Notes under the pieces: model-generated | The model's database searches: none | The model's input: the letters and a program-made list of their open reading frames with translations, nothing else | Told to the model about the DNA's origin: nothing | Origin: Alphaproteobacteria bacterium | GTDB taxonomy: Bacteria; Pseudomonadota; Alphaproteobacteria; Micavibrionales; Micavibrionaceae | DNA: 64,000 nt | NCBI GenBank assembly: GCA_020443295.1 | Contig: JAGRIJ010000018.1 | Location: 1,249-65,248, forward strand | Direction of reading: 5' to 3' | Translations under genes and position numbers: made by a program | In this document: positions 45,501 through 56,269 of the stretch, in pieces | Numbering within the stretch: position 1 is the stretch's first letter | Layout: the number at the start of each line of letters is the position of its first letter

Positions 45501-47469
45501 GGAGTCCGTCAAGGCGCATTTCCGCCTGTTCCATCACGATATCCAGAGCAAACCTTTCGATGCGACGGGTGTGGGCGATATGGCGGGGGATGTGTTTGGA
45601 AACGGTGTGCTGCTCTCTGAGCAGATGCGTCTGGTCGCCGCGTTCAACCACGTTCACATTTTCTGCGATCCCGATCCCGATCCGGCTACGAGCTTTAAAG
45701 AGCGCAAGCGCCTGTTCGACGAGGTCAAGGGCTGGGACCAATACAATACCAAGCTTTTGTCCAAGGGCGGGCGTATTTACAACCGCAGCGACAAGATGCT
45801 GACGCTGACGCCGGAAATCCAGAAGCGGCTCGATATCGCCAAAGAAAAAATTACGCCTTCGGATCTGATCCGCGCGATCCTGAAAGCGCGCACCGACCTG
45901 ATCTGGTTCGGCGGGATCGGCACTTATATCAAGGCCAGCCGTGAAACGCATCAGGATGTTGGTGATAAGGCCAACGATGCCTTGCGCGTCAACGCTTCGG
46001 AACTCCGGGCGCGCGTTGTCGGGGAGGGGGCCAACCTTGCAATTACCCAGTTGGGCCGGGTGGAGCTTTCCGAGAAAGGCGTGCGACTGAATACCGATTT
46101 CGTGGATAATTCCGGCGGAGTGGATTCGTCCGACCACGAGGTCAATATCAAGATCCTCATGACGGATGTCATGGCTGGCAAGAAGCACAAGATGGACCTC
46201 AAGGCCCGTAATACGCTTCTTAAAAAGATGACCGAGGAAGTGGCCTCGCATGTGCTTCGTCATAATTACCAGCAGGCACAGGCGGTAAGCCTTGCCGAAC
46301 TTCAGGCGCGGGAGAACCTCCAGCTGCATGAAGAGTTTATCGAGGAGCTTGAAAGAGAGCGCGGCCTGAACCGCAAGAACGAGGGGCTTCCCGATAAAGA
46401 AACGATCGAGAGCCGGTTGCGCGCCGGTAAGGGCCTGACCCGTCCGGAGCTTTGTATCCTTATTTCCTATGCCAAGATTGCCCTGACCGGCGATTTGCTG
46501 GCTTCGAACATTCCGGATAATCCGAAGATGGAAAACTGGCTGGTCGATTATTTCCCCGATATTCTGGGCAAAGACTATGAGCCGGAGATTATGCGCCACC
46601 GTCTGAGGCGGGAAATTATCGCAACGATGATTGCAAACTCCGTGGTTAACCGGCTGGGATCGACCTTTACGAAATCGCGAATGAGTAAGACGGGGGCGCG
46701 GGTCGGTCAGGTTGTCGAAGCCTATATCGTGACCCGGGATGCGTTCCAGTTGCGTTCACTCTGGGACGATATTGAAGCGCTTGACGGGAAAGTCCCTGCG
46801 GAAGTTCAGCTTAAAGCCATGCGGGAAATCGCGCAGATGGCGGAACACACGATTACATGGTTCCTGACCCGGCTGGGCCGCGATCTGGATCTGGGGAAAG
46901 ATACCGAGGATTTTAGCGAAAGCATCGAAAATCTGCGCAAGAATATCGACGGGCTTCTGACGGACGAACTTAAAAGCACGGTTGAGACCCGGGTTAATAT
47001 CGGTATGCGTGACGGTCTGCCGCAGGCGCTTGCCCGGCAGATTGCATTAATGCCGGTTCTGTCCTCGGCCTGCGATATCATCCGGATCAGTCTGGAACAG
47101 GAAACCAATATGATGAACACGACCCGGACGTATTTCGAGGTCGGGGAGACGTTCCATCTCGACTGGCTGCGGCAACAGGCCCGATTCCTGCCCCACGACA
47201 ATCACTGGCAGGGCGAGGCGTCCGCCGGGTTGCTGGAAAGCCTCTATAGTTGTCAGGCGGGTTTGACGGTGCGCGTTCTCAGGGACCTGAACGGCAAGGC
47301 TTCAAAAACGCCGCGCAAAGACAGTATGCTGGAGGCGTGGCTGAAGAATCATGAACATCTCCTGAAACAGTTCGAGCCTCTCTTTGCCGAGCTTCGGCGA
47401 GCCGGGACGGTCGATCTGACCATGCTGGCGGTTGCCGAGCAGCGTTTACGACAGCTTTTCGGCGGATAA
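42598..47469 (+). CDS. gdhB: NAD-specific glutamate dehydrogenase, large (about 180 kDa) class
   Basis: The ORF is about 1620 aa. The catalytic core has HLRGDKIARGGLRWSDR, VPVGAKGGFV, VVAADKGTATFSD and DVFGNGVLLS. The ORF is open from GTG 42589, and ATG 42598 is taken as the start. Confidence 0.92.
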   Translation: MTQSKKATAKSSKSETKTKTTEQENLLKEATKLLPSSASSGLKQLLEVLFHHIDAEDRAFFEPQILAEMAESHWAMARERRPGQTKIRVYCPELPGLEQRRTVVDIVCDDLAFLVDSVASEINRYEYLINILIHPSAVPLFDTKKGFMGLKQDGKKGEARQSHVHVQINKVLTKEESKELEEGLHRVLIDVTAANKQWLHMLQKMRETSTALSVSTTPHSASEIQKCCAFLDYLADNNFTFLGYREYVFVEGKDGLKSKTVKDSSFGLLHDDVEPAYVSETHEGLPRNLQELRRSLPPVSISKTNRVSTVHRRVPMDAIAVKTYDEKGNVKGERLFLGLFTSVTYSRSVRDVPYLREKVEEVVQLSMLMEGSHDRRALRHVLEKYPRDELFQIDNDELLKICMNIIRLQERQRISLFLRRDPFGRYISCLVYVPRDRFGTKLRLDMRQILEEQMNGICANFYTTLDDSVFARVMYIINISQKSPPKFNPKQLEKLLRECGETWQEKLSYAIAEEYQDNSKVTALTLKYRDAFPVSYTEKHRARQAVFDIEKVEEALQLDRIILDLYRPNEMNKGNLRLKVYHPGSPITLSDVLPILENMGLRAIAELPFEISPAGSEQSLWIHDFLLETPEFKDKIVVKDVKEQFEKAFTKIWYNEMESDGLNRLVLRVGANWREITILRSYIHYMQQIRSPYSRNYIQKALTDNAAISRVLIDLFKAYHDPSNGSKSKALAEGCAAKIEAELEAVTSSDQDRILRQVTALIEATMRTNYYQRGPEEGRKPYLSMKLKSSMVPDLPDPKPFMEIFVYSPRVEAIHLRGDKIARGGLRWSDRHEDFRTEVLGLMKAQMVKNAVIVPVGAKGGFVVKTPTSSREEFMKEGIECYKTFIRGLLDITDNLSGAKIIPPKDVVRRDGDDPYLVVAADKGTATFSDTANGISQEYGFWMGDAFASGGSAGYDHKKMGITARGGWESVKAHFRLFHHDIQSKPFDATGVGDMAGDVFGNGVLLSEQMRLVAAFNHVHIFCDPDPDPATSFKERKRLFDEVKGWDQYNTKLLSKGGRIYNRSDKMLTLTPEIQKRLDIAKEKITPSDLIRAILKARTDLIWFGGIGTYIKASRETHQDVGDKANDALRVNASELRARVVGEGANLAITQLGRVELSEKGVRLNTDFVDNSGGVDSSDHEVNIKILMTDVMAGKKHKMDLKARNTLLKKMTEEVASHVLRHNYQQAQAVSLAELQARENLQLHEEFIEELERERGLNRKNEGLPDKETIESRLRAGKGLTRPELCILISYAKIALTGDLLASNIPDNPKMENWLVDYFPDILGKDYEPEIMRHRLRREIIATMIANSVVNRLGSTFTKSRMSKTGARVGQVVEAYIVTRDAFQLRSLWDDIEALDGKVPAEVQLKAMREIAQMAEHTITWFLTRLGRDLDLGKDTEDFSESIENLRKNIDGLLTDELKSTVETRVNIGMRDGLPQALARQIALMPVLSSACDIIRISLEQETNMMNTTRTYFEVGETFHLDWLRQQARFLPHDNHWQGEASAGLLESLYSCQAGLTVRVLRDLNGKASKTPRKDSMLEAWLKNHEHLLKQFEPLFAELRRAGTVDLTMLAVAEQRLRQLFGG

Positions 47470-47590
47470 CGGGCGTTCTGGCGTTTTTTATTGCGCGTTT
47501 AGGGAGAATTCAGGTATTTTTTAATATGAAGGTTGGCGGTGAATCCGGCCAGCTTATTTCTTAATAATAATTATTTTTGGGTGATTTTTG

Positions 47591-48301
47591 ATGTTAGCAG
47601 TTTTAACAGGCCGTCTCCGGGAAAGCTGGAGTTCCATTACAGCAGACGAGCAGCTTGAAGATCTTCAGGCAGAGATTGACGCTGCGCAGGCCGAGTTCAA
47701 CCAGTGGGCTGTTCGTGCGGAGGCGGCATATCAGGCCGCTGTCCAGTCTCCGAACGGTTCCGGTTCTTCCTATGATTCCGAAGAAGCCTTGCGTCTGGCT
47801 GAAGGCGTCAGGCGCGTTATGACCGAAAAGGGAACCAGTTTCGAGCTTGAAAGACGCAAGCATTCAATCCTTATGCCCAAGGGTATGCCGATTCCGGATG
47901 TTTCCCTGCGGACGCTGGATCATATCGCCAAGGGCCTTGATGATGTGAATCGCCGCTTTACCGTCAGTTATGATGCTACGGAAGAAAGACAGGGCGCTCT
48001 TACACGGGCCAGAGAATCCTATGCGCATCTGCTCGGAACTTTTCGCGGGATTGTCGATCGCAGCGATGAAGCGCTTCAATTGCCGTCCATACAGGGCGCG
48101 CAGAGCGATGATGCTTCGTCTCCCTCGCACAAGGTTCGTGCGCATGTGAGAATGAAGCAGACGTACACGTTCGGCGCGCACCGCTCCTTTATCGACAGAA
48201 GCGCCAAAAAAGCGGGCGTTGCGTCTGATGCGATCCCTGCCGTATCTCCGGCGATGGCTGCGGGCGGTGCCGAACACGATCATGACGGATATATCATGTA
48301 A
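47591..48301 (+). CDS. Hypothetical protein with a coiled-coil N-terminus
   Basis: The 236-aa ORF starts at ATG 47591. The N-terminus EQLEDLQAEIDAAQAEFNQWAVRAEAAYQAAV is helical. No family recognised. Confidence 0.5.
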   Translation: MLAVLTGRLRESWSSITADEQLEDLQAEIDAAQAEFNQWAVRAEAAYQAAVQSPNGSGSSYDSEEALRLAEGVRRVMTEKGTSFELERRKHSILMPKGMPIPDVSLRTLDHIAKGLDDVNRRFTVSYDATEERQGALTRARESYAHLLGTFRGIVDRSDEALQLPSIQGAQSDDASSPSHKVRAHVRMKQTYTFGAHRSFIDRSAKKAGVASDAIPAVSPAMAAGGAEHDHDGYIM

Positions 48302-48318
48302 GCCCTGAAATTTCGGGG

Positions 48319-49251
48319 TCAGTAATTTCCAAAACCCAGCGCGAGCAAGATCAACAGGCCGAAGTCGCGGTTCGAGCGAAATATTTTCAGGCTAGAGGCT
48401 GAATCCTTTGGGTTCCATTCCGTTATTTGCCAGAGAAGGTGAGAACTGGCCATAAGAACCAGGATTGTTGTCCAGAGGCCGCCGCTGGTCAGAAGAACGG
48501 CGAAAACCAAGAGCAGAGTTGTGAGTTCATAAAATCTTTTTACCCACTTACCGCTTTCCGAGCCGAAGAGAAGCGCGGTGGATTTTATTCCGGCCAGTGC
48601 GTCGTCTTCCTTGTCCTGATGGGCGTATACCGTATCGTAGCCGAGGGTCCAGCATATTCCGCCAAGATAGAGCAAGAGCGATGAAATGCCGATGCTTCCG
48701 CTGATGGCGCTATATCCCATCAGTGCTCCGAAATTAAAGGTGATTCCCAAAAAAGCCTGCGGCCACCAGGTCAGGCGTTTCATCAGCGGGTAGGCGATTA
48801 TCAGCGGGATCGTCATGATGCCGAGGATAACGGTCAGGCGGTTCATGCTCAGGAGAATCAAAAGGCCTGCCGTCAATAAGCCGGCCAGAAAGCTCATAGC
48901 CTGTTTCGCGTTGACGGTTCCGGCGGCGAGGGGGCGCTCCTTTGTCCGCTCGACTTTTTTATCCAGATCTCGGTCCCAGAGATCGTTGATGACGCATCCC
49001 GCGGCGCGCATGACGATTGCACCGATTCCAAAAAGTATGAAAACCAGCCAAGCGTAGAGGCTCATACCGAAAAATCCGCCGGAGGCCAGCACAATTCCCC
49101 ACCAGCCGGGGAGAAGCAACAGCCAGATGCCAATGGGCCGGTCAAGGCGGGCGAGATAGGCGTAAGGACGAAACTCTTCGGGAATATGGCGCTCGATCCA
49201 GGGCAGCCTCTTGATATCCGTATGGGTGTTGGTGTTCACTGTATCGGTCAT
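48319..49251 (-). CDS. ubiA: 4-hydroxybenzoate polyprenyltransferase
   Basis: UbiA motifs NDLWDRDLDKKVERTKERPLA and YAHQDKEDD, with multiple TM segments. AAGGA lies 6 nt upstream of the ATG. Confidence 0.9.
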   Translation of the reverse strand: MTDTVNTNTHTDIKRLPWIERHIPEEFRPYAYLARLDRPIGIWLLLLPGWWGIVLASGGFFGMSLYAWLVFILFGIGAIVMRAAGCVINDLWDRDLDKKVERTKERPLAAGTVNAKQAMSFLAGLLTAGLLILLSMNRLTVILGIMTIPLIIAYPLMKRLTWWPQAFLGITFNFGALMGYSAISGSIGISSLLLYLGGICWTLGYDTVYAHQDKEDDALAGIKSTALLFGSESGKWVKRFYELTTLLLVFAVLLTSGGLWTTILVLMASSHLLWQITEWNPKDSASSLKIFRSNRDFGLLILLALGFGNY

Positions 49252-49984
49252 GACCTATCCTTTATACAAGCACCCGCGCCTATACCTCAATGAGGAGTTT
49301 TCCGAGGGGGCGGTTTTGCCGCTTTCGGATGCGCAGGGGCATTATCTGAAGAATGTGTTGCGTCTGACTGCCGGGCGGCGTGTGCGCATCTTTAACGGGA
49401 AGGACGGGGAATGGCTGGCGGAAATTGCCTTTCTGGATAAGAAACGCAGTTCGGTTGCCTTGCTTGAGATTATTAAACCCCAGCCTGTAAACGGGTGGAG
49501 GGTTCGCCTGTTGTTCTCTCCCATCAAGAAGCAGCGTATGGATGTTCTTATTGAAAAGGCCGTGGAGCTGGGGGTTACGGATTTTTATCCTGTGCTCACT
49601 ACGCGGACAGAGAATCGCAGCCTGAAAGACGAACGGATTGCCCTGCAGATTATCGAGGCGGCGGAGCAATGCGAGCGGCTCGATCTTCCCGTTCTTCATC
49701 CGGCCCTGAGTTTAGCTGGTCTCCTGAATACGTGGGAAGGACCCCGGGTTCTGGCCTGTCTTGAACGGGCGGAGGCTTCGGCCTTGCCAAAGATTCGTCT
49801 GGAGAAAGATTGCGCTTTTCTCATCGGGCCGGAAGGAGGGTTCGATCCTGAGGAGATCGAGAGTTTGAGCGCTTCAGCGAAAATTCAGGCCGTCAGTCTG
49901 GGGGAGACGATCCTGCGGGCGGAGACGGCGGCCCTGTTTTGTCTGAGCCATGCGCGCCTGCAGTTTTTATCAGAAGAATCTTAA
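49250..49984 (+). CDS. rsmE: 16S rRNA (uracil1498-N3)-methyltransferase
   Basis: The product from ATG 49250 is 244 aa. HPRLYLNEEF...DAQGHYLKNVLRL is the PUA-like N-terminus. LIGPEGGFDPEEIE...LGETILRAETAAL is the SPOUT C-terminus. Confidence 0.85.
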   Translation: MTYPLYKHPRLYLNEEFSEGAVLPLSDAQGHYLKNVLRLTAGRRVRIFNGKDGEWLAEIAFLDKKRSSVALLEIIKPQPVNGWRVRLLFSPIKKQRMDVLIEKAVELGVTDFYPVLTTRTENRSLKDERIALQIIEAAEQCERLDLPVLHPALSLAGLLNTWEGPRVLACLERAEASALPKIRLEKDCAFLIGPEGGFDPEEIESLSASAKIQAVSLGETILRAETAALFCLSHARLQFLSEES

Positions 49985-50088
49985 AAAAGCTTTTTTACAT
50001 GCGTCAGGGTCTTGAAATTCAAACAAGATGGACGTATGTGTTTGTTACTTTGCTCCCGCTTAGAAACCGGAAAGGTCTTTTTAGGGAT

Positions 50089-52577
<2,489 letters not shown>

Positions 52578-52582
52578 TTTTT

Positions 52583-52825
52583 TCAGGACAAGGCCTGTTC
52601 CGGGGGTTCAGAGGCCTCCTGGCTTGACTCGATCCTGTCCTGATAGGGTTTGACGGCTTTTTCGACGGCTTCCCAGCCGCGGTAGTCGTCGAACAGATCC
52701 TCGGCGCGTTCCGTAATCAGCCTGATGCCTTCGACCGGGGTTATGTTGCCTATCTCTGCCGCCCGGACCTGCAGTTCTGCGAAGGCTGCAAAAACCTCGT
52801 CGATGATGCTGTCGGGCGTATCCAT
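52583..52825 (-). CDS. Small acidic hypothetical ORF, possibly the 3' part of a frame-broken gene
   Basis: The 80-aa ORF has no SD. In its own frame there is a TGA 21 nt upstream of the ATG. It overlaps the next ORF by 76 nt. Confidence 0.35.
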   Translation of the reverse strand: MDTPDSIIDEVFAAFAELQVRAAEIGNITPVEGIRLITERAEDLFDDYRGWEAVEKAVKPYQDRIESSQEASEPPEQALS

Positions 52826-52956
52826 GAGATATGGCTCAGCAGTTCACTGGTCGCAATTTCTAGGTGTTGGCTTGCTTCTTCGTAGGACGTTTCCTCATCC
52901 ACCATTCCCTGCAGGATTCCTTGTATTTTTGCCTTGAATTGAGATAAGTCGCTCAT
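52750..52956 (-). CDS. Small acidic hypothetical ORF, possibly the 5' part of the same gene
   Basis: ATG 52956 is preceded by a strong SD (AAGGGAGGGACGG). The first about 44 aa are helical and acidic. The last about 24 aa (WIRPTASSTRFLQPSQNCRSGRQR) look like an out-of-frame read of the downstream ORF. Confidence 0.4.
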   Translation of the reverse strand: MSDLSQFKAKIQGILQGMVDEETSYEEASQHLEIATSELLSHISWIRPTASSTRFLQPSQNCRSGRQR

Positions 52957-53061
52957 CCGTCCCTCCCTTAGTTGTTTTTCTTTTGTCGATAGCATAGCCA
53001 TTCTTTGCCGGAAAGCGGAGAAAATTCGTGACCTTTTCTTATTCCGTGATAAATAAGGGGC

Positions 53062-53958
53062 ATGACTGAGATCCTTTCACAAGCCGTTTCCCAACCTCTT
53101 GATTCCCGCGTTTCGGATTTTGTCGCGCTGCTGAAGCCGCGTGTGATGAGCCTCGTGGTTTTTTCAGGCTTTGCCGGGCTGTGGCTGGCGCCGGGGGTGG
53201 AGGCGATGAACCCGGTTCTGGCGGTTATCGCCATGCTGTGCCTGGCGGTGAATGCCGGGGCGGCCGGGGCGATCAATATGTGGTATGACCGCGATATCGA
53301 CGCCGTTATGCATCGCACACGCGGGCGGCCTTTGCCGATGGGAAGGGTGGATGAGGCAGAGGCGCTGGCCTTCGGTCTGACGCTCAGTATTTTTTCGGTC
53401 ATGATCATGGGGCTGGCCCTGAACTGGGTTGCCGCGGGTTTGCTGGCGTTTGCAAGCGTATTTTACGTCTTTGTCTACACGATGTGGCTGAAGCGTCTGA
53501 CGCCGCAGAATATCGTAATCGGCGGAGCCGCCGGGGCTTTCCCGCCGCTGATCGGATGGGCCGCCGTGACAGGAAGCGTTTCTATTGAGTCCCTGATCCT
53601 GTTCCTTATTATCTTTTTCTGGACGCCGCCGCATTTCTGGGCGCTTTCGCTTTACGCGAACGAGGATTACAAGCGCGCCCGCATACCGATGATGGCCGTC
53701 GTGCACGGCATACGCGCGACAAAAATCCAGATGGTGCTTTATACGCTGATCCTGTTTCCGCTGAGTCTGGTCCCCGCTTTTACGGGTATGACCGGTCCGG
53801 CCTATGGGGTTCTGGCCGCGTTTTTGAGCGGATTTTTTGTTCTCACCGCTGTCAGCGTCCTGATGTCCGACGATCTGAAGAAGGCGCGGCTGATGTTCGG
53901 TTATTCCGTTTTTTACCTGTTTTCTCTTTTTCTGGCGATGATCCTCAATGCCGCATAG
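53062..53958 (+). CDS. ctaB: Protoheme IX farnesyltransferase (heme O synthase)
   Basis: FVALLKPRVMSLVVF, NMWYDRDIDAVMHRTRGRPLP and FFWTPPHFWALS. Confidence 0.93.
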   Translation: MTEILSQAVSQPLDSRVSDFVALLKPRVMSLVVFSGFAGLWLAPGVEAMNPVLAVIAMLCLAVNAGAAGAINMWYDRDIDAVMHRTRGRPLPMGRVDEAEALAFGLTLSIFSVMIMGLALNWVAAGLLAFASVFYVFVYTMWLKRLTPQNIVIGGAAGAFPPLIGWAAVTGSVSIESLILFLIIFFWTPPHFWALSLYANEDYKRARIPMMAVVHGIRATKIQMVLYTLILFPLSLVPAFTGMTGPAYGVLAAFLSGFFVLTAVSVLMSDDLKKARLMFGYSVFYLFSLFLAMILNAA

Positions 53959-54067
53959 CGACCTTCATCTTAAAAAAAGAAAGAAAAACCTTGCCGTTCT
54001 GGCGGTCATTCTGGGTCTTTGTGCGTTGATCTGGATCATTACAATGATCAAGATGCAGGGATCATGA
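53948..54067 (+). CDS. 39-aa single-pass membrane mini-protein, below the ORF-track cutoff
   Basis: MPHSDLHLKKRKKNLAVLAVILGLCALIWIITMIKMQGS*. The start overlaps the ctaB end by 11 nt. The stop overlaps the SDR start (ATGA). The layout is a basic N-terminus followed by a TM segment. Confidence 0.45.
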   Translation: MPHSDLHLKKRKKNLAVLAVILGLCALIWIITMIKMQGS

Positions 54068-54855
54068 GCTACGAAGAACGATACAGCTATATTCCTTCTA
54101 CCGTTTTGATTACCGGGGCAACCGGGGATTTCGGGCGTGCTTTTGCCGAGCGCTTTGCGCGGCTTGGGTCGGCTCTTGTGCTGGTCGGAAGAGATAAAAG
54201 CAAGCTCGATGCGCTGAAATCCGGGCTGGAGGAAAGCCATCAGGCCAAAATCCACCCCTGTGTCTTCGATATGATGGATAAAAAGGCCATGGGCACGGCG
54301 ATACGGACCCTGCCGGAGGATTTCAAGGATGTGGAGCTGTTGATTAACAATGCGGGGCTGGCGCTGGGGCTGGAGCCTGCTTTTAACTGTGATATCGAGG
54401 ATTGGGAAACGATGATCGCGGTCAATAATACCGCGCTGGTCCAGATGACCCGCCTGATCCTGCCTGTCATGGTCAAGCGGAAGCAGGGGCATATTATCAA
54501 TATCGGTTCGACTGCCGGGACTTACCCCTATCCGGGAGGGAACGTCTATTGCGCAAGCAAGGCTTTTGTAAAGCAATTTTCCCTGTCTTTACGGGCGGAT
54601 CTCAAGGGAACCAAGGTCCGTGTGACCAATATCGAGCCGGGGATGATCGAGACCCAGTTTTCGCGGGTCCGATTCAAGGGAAATGAAGAGAAAGCCCGTC
54701 AAGTCTATGATAATACGGAAAATATTCATGCCGAGGATGTTGCCGAAGCCGTGATCTGGAGTGCAACCCTGCCTCCCAAGTTCAATGTTAACCGCATCGA
54801 ATTGATGCCCACGACCCAATCTTTCGGGCCTTTACCTGTAGAACGCTTTGATTAA
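54064..54855 (+). CDS. Short-chain dehydrogenase/reductase (YdfG-like NADP-dependent)
   Basis: VLITGATGDFGRAFA, NNAG and the catalytic YCASKAF. The start is at MSYEERY (ATG 54064). Confidence 0.88.
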   Translation: MSYEERYSYIPSTVLITGATGDFGRAFAERFARLGSALVLVGRDKSKLDALKSGLEESHQAKIHPCVFDMMDKKAMGTAIRTLPEDFKDVELLINNAGLALGLEPAFNCDIEDWETMIAVNNTALVQMTRLILPVMVKRKQGHIINIGSTAGTYPYPGGNVYCASKAFVKQFSLSLRADLKGTKVRVTNIEPGMIETQFSRVRFKGNEEKARQVYDNTENIHAEDVAEAVIWSATLPPKFNVNRIELMPTTQSFGPLPVERFD

Positions 54856-54908
54856 ATTAAAGAAATGGTGTAACCTAACCCCGTCCTATGGGTTTTTGGG
54901 AGTTTCTT

Positions 54909-55502
54909 ATGGCTAAGTATTTACGTATCTTATTTGTGTTTTCGTTTGTCGTTTTTCCTGTTTTCAGCGCTCACGCCAAGGATGAGGAGAAAGCTCAGTC
55001 TGCTGCTGTGTGTAAATCCTGCACGAAGTGCGGTGAAGTTGAAAAGGGGAGCGCGGGTATGCCCGAAGGCGGGTATTGCGATATTTATGCGCGCCAGTTG
55101 GCATACAGGGAAGAGGCCAAGTCTTTCCGTGAATCTCTTGAGAAGCGCGCGGTTGCATATGAAGCTCCGCGGATTGAGGCTCTCGAGGCTTATCGCGCGA
55201 ACAGAGAGGCCTTGTACAAAGAAGAGTCTAAAAAATATCAGGAAGAGCTGGCCCGTCAGGCTGCTGAAGCCGAAGCGTCGATGAGTTCGGGAATGGGAGA
55301 GCAGGCTGGAGCCATGGATGAGTCTGAAGAGACTGACACGGCTTCCGCGGCTGAGCCGACCGCTGAAGAAGGAATGCCCGAAGTGCCTTCCGAAACCGAG
55401 ATCTCAGAGGAAGGGCTTAAGGAAAAGGTCGTTCAGGACTCGGATACTGAAACCAAGGTCAAGAAGGTCATCATCATGCCTGAGGATGCTCCTGACTTTT
55501 AA
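54909..55502 (+). CDS. Secreted protein with an N-terminal Cys cluster and an acidic coiled-coil tail, hypothetical
   Basis: Signal peptide MAKYLRILFVFSFVVFPVFSAHA. The mature N-terminus has CKSCTKC...GYC. The remainder is Glu/Ala-rich. Confidence 0.6.
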   Translation: MAKYLRILFVFSFVVFPVFSAHAKDEEKAQSAAVCKSCTKCGEVEKGSAGMPEGGYCDIYARQLAYREEAKSFRESLEKRAVAYEAPRIEALEAYRANREALYKEESKKYQEELARQAAEAEASMSSGMGEQAGAMDESEETDTASAAEPTAEEGMPEVPSETEISEEGLKEKVVQDSDTETKVKKVIIMPEDAPDF

Positions 55503-55541
55503 GCGGACGGTTTCTGATCATATGGATTTCCAAGTTATTCT

Positions 55542-55572
55542 TTACGCCCCTCCTGCAGGGGCGTAAGGTTTT
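55542..55572 (+). terminator. Intrinsic terminator inside the cox assembly cluster
   Basis: Perfect 10-bp stem TTACGCCCCT / AGGGGCGTAA with a 5-nt loop, followed by GGTTTTG. It lies 19 nt before the ctaG start. Confidence 0.7.
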
Positions 55573-55590
55573 GCGCGTAAGAGATTTCCG

Positions 55591-56229
55591 ATGAACGACG
55601 ATCACCAAAAAGATTTGAGGAACGACCCGAAAGCCCTTGCCGAGAAGAACCGCAGGCTGGGGCTGATGGTGTTGGGCATTGTCTGCCTTATGGTCGGGCT
55701 GGCCTATGCTTCCGTTCCGCTTTATTCGCTTTTTTGCCGCGTAACCGGTTACGGGGGAACGACTCAAGTCGCCAGAGCCCTGCCGGACCGTATTCTTGAC
55801 CGGACGGTGACCGTGCGTTTTGATTCCAATGTATCGGACACTCTTGACTGGGACTTCAAGCCCGAGGTGAGGACCATCACGCTTCATCTGGGAGAGCGGG
55901 GATTTATCGCTTTCCATGCCCGCAACCGTTCGAACGAAACGGTGACAGGGACCGCGCTTTATAATGTCAGCCCGGCCAAAGTCGGACCTTATTTCAATAA
56001 AATCCAGTGTTTTTGCTTCGGAGAGCAGGTTTTGGGGCCGGAACAGGATGTTTCCATGCCGGTGGTTTTTTATGTCGATCCGGCGATGGATGACGATCCC
56101 AATCTCAAGGACGTGACCGATATCACACTTTCCTATACATTTTTTAAAAGCGGGTCCTCCGCTCTTGAAGACGCGACCGAAGACTTTTACAATTCGGATA
56201 ACGGTGCTATAAGCACTTCGGATTTCTGA
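55591..56229 (+). CDS. ctaG: Cytochrome c oxidase assembly protein CtaG/Cox11
   Basis: TM anchor, LYSLFCRVTGYGGTTQ, and the copper motif FNKIQCFCFGEQ. Confidence 0.92.
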   Translation: MNDDHQKDLRNDPKALAEKNRRLGLMVLGIVCLMVGLAYASVPLYSLFCRVTGYGGTTQVARALPDRILDRTVTVRFDSNVSDTLDWDFKPEVRTITLHLGERGFIAFHARNRSNETVTGTALYNVSPAKVGPYFNKIQCFCFGEQVLGPEQDVSMPVVFYVDPAMDDDPNLKDVTDITLSYTFFKSGSSALEDATEDFYNSDNGAISTSDF

Positions 56230-56269
56230 TTCATCCCATCGTTGAGCGTATCTAGAAGGAACAGAGAAG

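Noticed and set aside
43729-46599. 306-aa and 445-aa minus-strand ORFs inside the NAD-GDH gene
   Set aside because: They are antisense shadows of a clearly coding 1620-aa gene, with no motifs and Arg/Leu/Ile-biased composition.
49985-50000. Perfect AT palindrome AAAAAAGCTTTTTT after rsmE as a terminator
   Set aside because: It has no loop and an A/T-only stem. That is unlikely to form a functional intrinsic terminator.
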